Positions 57,101 through 64,000 of a stretch of 64,000 nucleotides of DNA are shown here, one piece after another. Every line of letters begins with the position of its first letter. Within the stretch, counting starts at the first letter, position 1. The position numbers were made by a program, and so were the translations under genes. A model generated the notes under the pieces. The model was not told the origin of the DNA and made no database searches. It was given only the letters and a program-made list of their open reading frames with translations. The stretch is from sequence record NC_070958.1; one strand, written 5' to 3'.

Positions 57101-57896
57101 TATCCACCTCCCCGCCGCCAGTAATGACGTGACACACCAACCTAATGGCCAGTGGAGTTACATTGATCCTAGTGCACTTTCTAGGATGTCATTGCAGGTC
57201 TTGGAATATCCCGAGTTGGGACCTGACCAATTCACTATCTGGGGTTATTCGGGCTGGAGGTTATCCACTGTTTCTTATTCACGGATCTTCACGTTTAACG
57301 ACAGCAACGTTCCGTCACACACAGCTAACAACATCAAAGCTTACTCTCCATGGACTGGTGCTTATGTTGGGTATGGCGCGTTCCAAATCGCTCATCCCGA
57401 TTACGACATGTGTGCTGGTCTGAACTTTAATGATGTTGGTGGTGGTGCCATGAACTTGGTTGTTGCCAATGGCGGGCGTCAAATACTCATGGGAAGTGTG
57501 TTCTCAGTGGGTAACTGGAGTGTCTTCGTAAACAGTGATGTGACGGTGACCTTTAACGGTTACTCCATGACCGCTGTTAAACGTAACTTCGACCTTCGTG
57601 ATTTCAGTGAGAAGTACAGGGATAATGTGTTCTACATATACTGTGTCGCTAGAGGGTCTAAAGCCGAGTATGAGCTCACCCACATACTGAGACACTCCAG
57701 AGGTGATTGCTTGTTGATATGTAAGATCACAACTGGTTCCCAAGGGATCTCGTTGATTGAACGTTATCAGCCTTTTGCCATCAATGGCTCCCCCATGACA
57801 CCTGTGCGTGATGCAGGGATCCCATACACGACCGGCAACATGTTCGAAGATGGTGAATGGAATCACATCAAGAAATCAGAGTTGTATATCGACTAA
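54165..57896 (+). CDS. Tail fibre/baseplate paralog 2
   Basis: 1243 aa; NPHGV..VELGKLENYKTAT and YLPPPISGSFEG; C-terminal module parallel to paralog 1. Confidence 0.7.
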   Translation: MKDIEIVKIDYSAADPAYKVKEKHVIKDISVPWLVPDQGPYYTTGLRLYNAGTPLTYEKDYIYDTPASELTDRLGRDVYHFIILRDHIVSSATAIDIEYQKVGNPMLGRNQLLQMLDDLIISGKPIDITTSVIGMPETFPSAKHSMDVTKPEEVVGFGNLMMLFSILSGRVAGNGDYVKELLDKLKTDNFKRLDYIQNLQWNAIINHTSRVRNPHGVKADNVELGKLENYKTATPAQEIEGTRSDLYSTPHGLGEIIRETEPDSEEFVFQNELPFSYYGSGLYLPPPISGSFEGLGADIENGTFVQEGNGWVVGLSRMFDGRLRNLYYIYDQGLDDIPNVGNFRNSYVQYRHPTIDAAGCSATMTMSGSGADVLVVGDQEKNRYWITDPNSTLDPTAHVFKEMDLSVYSNRKDWQYWVNASSNIFKVGGYFYLMVYNDENIEGIDSTGYVLANAAGWLCRCPVADLTNPNKPTMVFQAVNLTYDNLRRERRVNQSAFSIDRWERNANGFTSGLGCRFGSNTVELMSHRRRAMIFCPNPNNENVIAVKILFIVRTVRRTQFGNVARQVTMAVDYTFDATTNTLALSPKWKYVTLDEANEIPTNLDQESLNRQWLTAGMVAGNSGRKGIFTFGGTRINVSFIPGYGYIGQYSSADGGLPHAICKTLVNPSRDPSRDWEYFQQPTTYIMPNGESNDGTNGISYETPFGFMAYPVWNVDVFNINGVNSPTPVELFMGFSHDKAETFFYRECEPGDGTKYLQRPELKLLSGVTPYSRQMNSRYGIVKGMHSYMGRVNNPRSRDKYSAEYGCFSVHWNGVPAKPPRFTIVPGRNANPSAPVYGPDRGIYIPLICEHELANGVMTVRSTPAGSVYLPAYIWSEWKDRITNGELWPSIDMSVDFYLCAKKDGAPLGRRHSYAVFTYHTTDNPLDIKQVISKFTWDTNGQMPDGTPIMRVSSEQYPFTSGITGNPLKPKRDLAPGETNIHLPAASNDVTHQPNGQWSYIDPSALSRMSLQVLEYPELGPDQFTIWGYSGWRLSTVSYSRIFTFNDSNVPSHTANNIKAYSPWTGAYVGYGAFQIAHPDYDMCAGLNFNDVGGGAMNLVVANGGRQILMGSVFSVGNWSVFVNSDVTVTFNGYSMTAVKRNFDLRDFSEKYRDNVFYIYCVARGSKAEYELTHILRHSRGDCLLICKITTGSQGISLIERYQPFAINGSPMTPVRDAGIPYTTGNMFEDGEWNHIKKSELYID

Positions 57897-57901
57897 ACCA
57901 C

Positions 57902-57928
57902 GGGGAGGGAGACCTCCCCCATTTATTT
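57902..57928 (+). terminator. Short GNRA-loop hairpin terminator
   Basis: GGGGAGG-GAGA-CCTCCCC then CATTTATTT. Confidence 0.6.
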
Positions 57929-57944
57929 ACATGAGAGAGTCTTT

Positions 57945-60900
57945 ATGTATGTAGATAAGGATAAACCCCAACCCCCACTGGACGAGCGTACCGATCCGGT
58001 AGGGGTCGTACTTGAAGCGTTCATTGAGAACGATCGTAAGGTACAAGAGGTTACGGGTGATATCGTTGACACGATAAAAGACATCCAGAATGCACAGACG
58101 TCAGCCACTCAGAAACTTGACAAGTTTGATGCCGACGTTAAGGCAAAACTTAAAACCCACGTTGATAAACGCGGTGCGATTCACGGAGAGAGTAAACACA
58201 CAGTAGGATTGGGGAACAAGGATAACTACCCAATGGCTACAATGCAGGAACATGTGGACGGTAAGGCTCTAGCTTATGCACACCCCTCCGGTCTCCGCGA
58301 GTTGGTGGAATCCAGAGTGAAAAGTGATCCTACCAAGTATATTCCTGCGCGAGTAATACCTCTGGCTTCCGGTGGGATGTTGGGTGAAATTCCTCAGTAC
58401 CACATGGATTTGAGTATTGGTGAACTCGACCAATCCAAACAGGACCCCAATCTTCATTTAGGGGAAACCCCTTGGGAATTTAGCACCACCTCAGGCGCTC
58501 TGATATTCCCCACAATCAACAACGCACCTCACCATGGGCGATACACCCAAGTTCCCCAAGGAATGAACGTGTTCAGTCATGGACCCCATGGTGGGACAAA
58601 AATCCGAGTCTACAATAAGACCCTGGATAGCCGAAGAACACGCCCGTCGTTTATTCGTGGTTGGGGTGATGCTTCAGGTGCTCCCGAGCAATTAGGGACC
58701 TGTGTCAAAGCGGGGAGTTCGCTCTTCGACAAGACGCACGTTATTTATCGCGAAGTCAACTGGTTGCTTCGGTCCTTTAACAAAAATGCGCTCCCCTCCG
58801 ATGTGGTAGAGATATACAAGCACTATTCGAAAGAACCAGAAGGTATCTTCGAGTACGCAGAGGGATTTCTCTTTAACTATTGGGTAACACCCCTCAACGC
58901 TATCGTCCCCGGCGGATCAGTTGCCGAACCACATATCAAGCTGGATATGCGGTGCTTTAAAATGGACGTGGCTGATTACCGTGCCGCCCAAGGAGCGGTC
59001 AGTCTGAATGGGGAACAGCGGTCATCCCTGGGGGATACCACTCAAACGTTCTCTGCGACGGTACCTGCGCACAACAAAATGGTTTTTGGAGGTCAAGCTG
59101 GTTCCGGGGTAGGTTCTATTTATATCAGGCTGAATCGTCTTTTGACACTCCCTGGCGGGATGGAGAATGCGTTTCTTGCCAATCTGAACCAAGACCTCGT
59201 GCGACAGTTAACCTTCGCGTGGCGCAATCGCATGAGTTACCACGGTCTGTTCAGGATCCCTGTAGGTTGGTGGAACAAACAAAAAACTAAATACTGGCAC
59301 GCCTGGGTCGATTTCGAGATTATCGATCGTCCTTTCTATACTGGGCTCAATAACCAGCTTCGTGTGTTAACAGCAGATCCGTCTTGGAACGCAGTCCAGA
59401 CTGTCGACGCCAACTGGAACGTGACCGGGTCAGGAATGTTCAAAGAGTACCGCGCCGACATCAAAGATAACCCGATGCACCCCTTGGCGCTCGGTGGCAT
59501 CTTCGAATCCCAAGGCGGGCACATGAAGACCTATACCTTGTATGGAAGACAGTACACTGCCTACCATCAACACGACATGGGTCAATCGCTGGATTTCATC
59601 ACTAAGGGTAACGTCCCTCTTCCTCCCCCGACCCAGAGCGAGTACAGTGCCAGGTCCACCTTGAACGGTACCGGTCTTTATGGGGACCACCTCCGACACA
59701 TTCCTGTCGATATCGACCAACAGACCGGTTTGGTGACGTACCTTACTCACGTTCGCGATTATCGTGATCGTTATCGGTGGGCCCGTGTGGTCATCGATGG
59801 AGAACAGGAAGTCGTCCAGGACAGGTTCTACGGGAACTACCTTGGTCCCAAAGTCCAGAAATTGGACTGGCTCCCAGGGATCAAAACACCCAGACCGTTC
59901 GTTATTTCCAACGATGACTTCCAACCCACGATGAACATCAACGGGTTGGTCTTTACAGCCGAAAACAAGTTTCTTGGCTTTGGTAGTTTCAGAACCAATG
60001 AAGCTAACCAGGATTACCTTGAATACGTTGACGAGATTCGACTGGACGAGCAAGTTATTGCTTGGGTGAAGAGTAATGCCGGTGGGTTTACCAACCCTGA
60101 TTTACTCTTCTTCTATTTCAGGGGGAGTTTGTTCTGGTTCTGTCGTTGTTCCGATCCGGCTGAATATCCGGCTGATGGAAAAGATTGTTACTACGGCGTA
60201 ATAAAGGACTGTGGTGTCAAACTCGATGGTGGTGGTGCCCGTGTCATGGGTCCGAATGGTTCTATCGCTGATTCAATCACGATTAACAAATTCAACTTAA
60301 TGACCAAAAATAGTTTACTGGTCGATCAAGCGGAAGTTTACGGGATAGATTCCCTCTCCGGTCGTGATGTTTACATCATGATGACTCAACATCATAACGA
60401 TTCAGGAACCCAAGATCATGACGTAATGGTCAACATGGGTCCTTTCAACAATTTCTATATTGAAATGAAGTTGATACGTTCTGGTGATGGCGCCATGACG
60501 TTTAGACCGAAGCCAGAGGCGATCGATCCGGTATTCCCTTACACAGAGAGTAATGGTTTCCAAATAGACTATGACGCACACACTCTGTACGGGACAAAAA
60601 TTCCGGAAAGATTCCACGTAAACTACCAGTCCCCCGTGATGTTGAAGAAAGGGATGTGGAGCTACCGTAAAACCCCCAATAACTTTGGGTTCTTTACACG
60701 TCGACATGGGTTCATTACGATAACCGGTTGTGTGATGGCCAGTTACTATGGGACAGACGTTTATCCCATGGGATCAGTCCTCACGGTTTCCGGGAAGAAC
60801 ACAGTGGTTAAGAAGCCGGTCCAGTATAGTCCCGACGACATCGATGGAAATTCGGAACTGTCCGTCAGAATAGTGGGTGATGAGCCTGTACTCTACGGTA

Positions 60901-63900
60901 CGAATTTTAATCCCAATGGTTACGAGGTAGAACCACATAACGGCGCTGCCCCAGCTGGTTGGGGGTCTGGTTCGAACTTCTATTATTACGACCCGGCTAG
61001 TTGGAGAAATACTTTCATGCCGGTGATAGATGGACGGCGGATGAGTTGGTATGGTTACGGTTCGACTGTACCCGTTCTTCTGGGGAAACCTGGGGAAGGA
61101 CTTCCTATCAACAGGTATTACTTTGGAACCCAAAGTACCCAGATGACCTGGGACACCGCTAAAGGAAGGGTGGTGAAGTTTGATACCGAAATAGCCACCA
61201 CTGTGGCTGTAAACGGAAACGCAGAAGTGACCGGAAGTGCTACGCAGTATGTTATCCCTGCACAGTACACCGGGGTGGTGACAATCGACCTTTATAACGC
61301 CAATAAACTCATCTGGGCACCAGGACTGACAAACCTGATCCGGTTGGGGAGCGAAATAATGGAGGTTGACTTCTCTGGTTCAGACCAGTTTACGATTTCG
61401 GCCCCGTTACCAAAACGTGTCACCAGTCTGAAACGTGCGTTCTATAAAGCTAAGGGTGCGAGTTATCCTGGGCTTCAAAATTGGAACGTGACGGGCGTCA
61501 CCGACTTCACCGAGTGTTTTGCTGAAACCACCGCATTCAACCAAGATCTTAGTAGATGGACCTTCGTTATGGGGAGGACGTTGCGAGGGATGTTCCAGAA
61601 CGCTGTGGCATTCAACCAACCTGTTCCCGGAACTTGGTTCCAATACATCCTGGATTGTTCCTACATGTTTGCTGGTTCCGGTGCGTTTAACAAACCTCTA
61701 ACTGGAACCGCGTTACAGTGTAAAACAGCCATCGGTATGTTCCAAGGCTCCAAAGCGTTCAACTCCAGTATTGATGGACTCAAGTTCCTGGAAATTGTGG
61801 ATATCTCTGATTTCTTCAGGGAGTCGGTCGTTTTCAACCAATCCATAAACGGATTTGACGTTTCGAAGGTTGAGCGCGCGGAAAGGATGTTCCAAGGTGC
61901 GAAAGGGTTCCTCCAACCCATCACACTCAACATGAAACAATGTCATTCAGTGTCAGGGATGTTCAAAGATAACCTTGTGTTTAATGCACTTGTGAATATC
62001 TCGCTCCCTATCTGTACTGACTTCAGCCAAATGTTCATGGGGACCAAGCTGTTCAACCAGAAATTGCCTGCATGGTCATTTAGCCCCAGGACGACATTGC
62101 GAGAAATGTTCAGCGGGTCCAAAGCCTACAACCAGTCAATGGACCATTGGATGATGGAACGTGTCGCGTCCATTTCCAGAATGTTCCAGTTCGCCGCTGC
62201 TTACCAGCAACCTATCAAGACCTGGACCTTCTATAAGTTGGTTGACTGTTCTTACCTGTTCGCTAATTCCTCGTTCAATGCGGATGTCAATGATATAAAG
62301 TGGCCAAGTGATCCAACCCTGGGGATTAACGCCACTGGTATCTTCTATTACAATTTGGTTTATAACCAACCACTGAGTAAATGGAATACCGTTGCATTCA
62401 AATTGTTCAATGGTATCTTTAATCTGGCAAGATCGTTTAACCAAGACATTTCAGCCTGGAATGTCTCCAATGGTGAAAACTTTGAAAACCTCTTTAAAGA
62501 CGCAATTGAGTTCGATGGGGACATTTCCAACTGGGATGTGGGTAAATCCAAAACGTTCTCTTACTTCGCAGCGAATGCCGTCAAGTTCAAATCCGACCTT
62601 TCCAAGTGGAACGTGAGCTCTTGTTTCAACTTCGAAGCGATGTTCAAACACTGTTTGGTTTTCGATAGCGATATCTCTGAATGGGATGTCTCCAACGGTA
62701 CCACTTTCGAGTGGATGTTCGATGGATATTCGTTAACCGAAACTGTCACACCTGAATACTTTATGATCTTCAACCAAGATCTGAGTAAATGGAACGTTGG
62801 AAAGGGTGTTCGCTTTAATGCCATGTTCCGTAAGTGTCAATTGTTCACGTCTGACCTTTCTGGGTGGGATATGACAAACGCGCAAGAAGCCGGTGCGATG
62901 TTCCAACATTGCTACGAGTTCCAGTCGGAACTTGCTTCTTGGAAAGTGGCAAAATTCACTCATGTTCGTTACATGTTCTTCCACGCCCACAACTTCAACG
63001 CTCCTATCCCTGATTGGGACGTGTCAAGGTGTACTGACTTTGAACAGATGTTTAGTTACACCTACATGTTCAACCAGGATTTGAGCAACTGGGATATGAG
63101 CAATGCCAGAAACCTCAATAGGATGTTCGATGTTGCGGCGGTCTTCAATGGCGATGTTTCTACTTGGGATGTTTCCAATGTAGTGACATTCTGGGGAATG
63201 TTCAGGGATGCGGCGGAGTTCAATGGCGATATCTCTGGTTGGGTTACATCCAGTGCGAATGATTTCAGTGGTATGTTCCAAGACGCGGTCTCGTTTGATC
63301 GGGATTTGAGTGGATGGGATGTCTCCAAGGGGATCAAGTTCAATGCGATGTTTAGGTCGACCAAGTGTAATTTCGGTATGAACAACTGGAACGTGGGTAA
63401 CGCCACTACCTTTGCCGAAATGTTCAAGGGGAACATTGTCTTTAACCAGAAACTGTCTACTTGGAAAACAGGTAAAGTTACTGATATGGGACAGATGTTC
63501 TCTGGGTGTAAAGCACTGACTGATCCGGGAATCGGTAATTGGGATACTGGACGCGTGGAACTCATGAATCAGATGTTCTTCGACTGTCCTCTTTTCAATT
63601 CCAATATCTCTGGTTGGAACGTATCCAATGTGACAAACTTCTCCAGGATGTTTATGAGTGCGCTTAAGTTCAACGCTAACTTGTCGACCTGGAATGTTTC
63701 CAACGGTGTAATATTCGAGAAAATGTTCCACACGGCGGAACTCTTTAACCAACCTCTGAATACTTGGAGAATGGTGAAAGGTGAAGATTTCACAGATATG
63801 TTCTATGGTGCGAAAGCGTTCAACCAACCCATCAATGACTGGGGTATGGCCAGCGCCAAGACACTCAACGGGATGTTCCGTGGTTCCTCTGTGTTCAACC

Positions 63901-64000
63901 AACCTCTGGATAAATGGAACACGGGCAATGTTGTCAATATGGACTCGACCTTCCGTGATGCCAAACAGTTCAACCAGAATCTGAGTATCTGGAATGTCGC
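57945..64000 (+). CDS. Tail fibre paralog 3, at least 2018 aa and truncated by the window end, with a C-terminal DUF285/PARCEL-type repeat array
   Basis: ATG 57945 after GAGAG. Hand translation of 57945-~58400 and 61080-64000 shows the same frame with no stop, and the ORF track lists no closed ORF in that frame. AIHGESKHTVGLGNKDNYPMAT matches the paralog motif. Confidence 0.8.
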   Translation, partial: MYVDKDKPQPPLDERTDPVGVVLEAFIENDRKVQEVTGDIVDTIKDIQNAQTSATQKLDKFDADVKAKLKTHVDKRGAIHGESKHTVGLGNKDNYPMATMQEHVDGKALAYAHPSGLRELVESRVKSDPTKYIPARVIPLASGGMLGEIPQYHMDLSIGELDQSKQDPNLHLGETPWEFSTTSGALIFPTINNAPHHGRYTQVPQGMNVFSHGPHGGTKIRVYNKTLDSRRTRPSFIRGWGDASGAPEQLGTCVKAGSSLFDKTHVIYREVNWLLRSFNKNALPSDVVEIYKHYSKEPEGIFEYAEGFLFNYWVTPLNAIVPGGSVAEPHIKLDMRCFKMDVADYRAAQGAVSLNGEQRSSLGDTTQTFSATVPAHNKMVFGGQAGSGVGSIYIRLNRLLTLPGGMENAFLANLNQDLVRQLTFAWRNRMSYHGLFRIPVGWWNKQKTKYWHAWVDFEIIDRPFYTGLNNQLRVLTADPSWNAVQTVDANWNVTGSGMFKEYRADIKDNPMHPLALGGIFESQGGHMKTYTLYGRQYTAYHQHDMGQSLDFITKGNVPLPPPTQSEYSARSTLNGTGLYGDHLRHIPVDIDQQTGLVTYLTHVRDYRDRYRWARVVIDGEQEVVQDRFYGNYLGPKVQKLDWLPGIKTPRPFVISNDDFQPTMNINGLVFTAENKFLGFGSFRTNEANQDYLEYVDEIRLDEQVIAWVKSNAGGFTNPDLLFFYFRGSLFWFCRCSDPAEYPADGKDCYYGVIKDCGVKLDGGGARVMGPNGSIADSITINKFNLMTKNSLLVDQAEVYGIDSLSGRDVYIMMTQHHNDSGTQDHDVMVNMGPFNNFYIEMKLIRSGDGAMTFRPKPEAIDPVFPYTESNGFQIDYDAHTLYGTKIPERFHVNYQSPVMLKKGMWSYRKTPNNFGFFTRRHGFITITGCVMASYYGTDVYPMGSVLTVSGKNTVVKKPVQYSPDDIDGNSELSVRIVGDEPVLYGTNFNPNGYEVEPHNGAAPAGWGSGSNFYYYDPASWRNTFMPVIDGRRMSWYGYGSTVPVLLGKPGEGLPINRYYFGTQSTQMTWDTAKGRVVKFDTEIATTVAVNGNAEVTGSATQYVIPAQYTGVVTIDLYNANKLIWAPGLTNLIRLGSEIMEVDFSGSDQFTISAPLPKRVTSLKRAFYKAKGASYPGLQNWNVTGVTDFTECFAETTAFNQDLSRWTFVMGRTLRGMFQNAVAFNQPVPGTWFQYILDCSYMFAGSGAFNKPLTGTALQCKTAIGMFQGSKAFNSSIDGLKFLEIVDISDFFRESVVFNQSINGFDVSKVERAERMFQGAKGFLQPITLNMKQCHSVSGMFKDNLVFNALVNISLPICTDFSQMFMGTKLFNQKLPAWSFSPRTTLREMFSGSKAYNQSMDHWMMERVASISRMFQFAAAYQQPIKTWTFYKLVDCSYLFANSSFNADVNDIKWPSDPTLGINATGIFYYNLVYNQPLSKWNTVAFKLFNGIFNLARSFNQDISAWNVSNGENFENLFKDAIEFDGDISNWDVGKSKTFSYFAANAVKFKSDLSKWNVSSCFNFEAMFKHCLVFDSDISEWDVSNGTTFEWMFDGYSLTETVTPEYFMIFNQDLSKWNVGKGVRFNAMFRKCQLFTSDLSGWDMTNAQEAGAMFQHCYEFQSELASWKVAKFTHVRYMFFHAHNFNAPIPDWDVSRCTDFEQMFSYTYMFNQDLSNWDMSNARNLNRMFDVAAVFNGDVSTWDVSNVVTFWGMFRDAAEFNGDISGWVTSSANDFSGMFQDAVSFDRDLSGWDVSKGIKFNAMFRSTKCNFGMNNWNVGNATTFAEMFKGNIVFNQKLSTWKTGKVTDMGQMFSGCKALTDPGIGNWDTGRVELMNQMFFDCPLFNSNISGWNVSNVTNFSRMFMSALKFNANLSTWNVSNGVIFEKMFHTAELFNQPLNTWRMVKGEDFTDMFYGAKAFNQPINDWGMASAKTLNGMFRGSSVFNQPLDKWNTGNVVNMDSTFRDAKQFNQNLSIWNV
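61482..64000 (+). repeat. At least 33 tandem ~25-aa repeats, consensus W[DN]VSxxxxFxxMFxxAxxFNQDLSx (DUF285 / bacterial surface protein 26-residue repeat type)
   Basis: Counted by hand translation, e.g. WNVSNVTNFSRMFMSALKFNANLST and WDVSRCTDFEQMFSYTYMFNQDLSN. Confidence 0.85.

Noticed and set aside
63024-63902. Antisense ORF with 25-aa periodicity over the repeat array
   Set aside because: Its periodicity is simply the complement of the sense repeats. PARCEL-type repeats are reported to have partial DNA dyad symmetry, which would favour open antisense frames. No independent evidence of expression.
61482-64000. Diversity-generating retroelement or CRISPR-like explanation for repeat variability
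   Set aside because: No reverse transcriptase, no template/variable repeat pair and no identical nucleotide repeats with spacers in the window; the repeats are diverged at DNA level.
1-64000. Stop-codon reassignment, introns, inteins or tRNA genes
   Set aside because: Genes tile the window under the standard code at expected sizes. The apparent gap at 57.9-64 kb is one ORF running off the end. No cloverleaf, homing-endonuclease or intein motif seen by eye; tRNAscan-SE would confirm.

Overview
The window is a 64-kb slice of a phiKZ-like (chimallivirus-type) jumbo myophage genome, read in the standard genetic code. It carries the head/tail morphogenesis core: major capsid protein, portal, a run of inner-head proteins with prohead-protease propeptides, and baseplate-type genes. 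It also has the exonuclease-bearing half of a split family-B DNA polymerase, a DnaB-like helicase, a probable non-virion RNA polymerase beta-N subunit, a RuvC resolvase, and an overlapping i-spanin/o-spanin pair that implies a Gram-negative host. Three tandem paralogous tail-fibre-type genes end the window. The third (57945 to beyond 64000, at least 2018 aa) is missing from the ORF track because it has no stop inside the window; it ends in at least 33 highly variable ~25-aa DUF285/PARCEL-type repeats. Non-coding signals include about 15 long hairpin terminators (two related families occur in both orientations), a recurring early-promoter-like motif followed by leader hairpins, a strongly signalled 43-aa ORF, and a structured 240-nt intergenic region. 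I saw no tRNA, CRISPR array, integrase, intein or mobile element. Family names come from motif recognition and remembered gene order, not from database searches.
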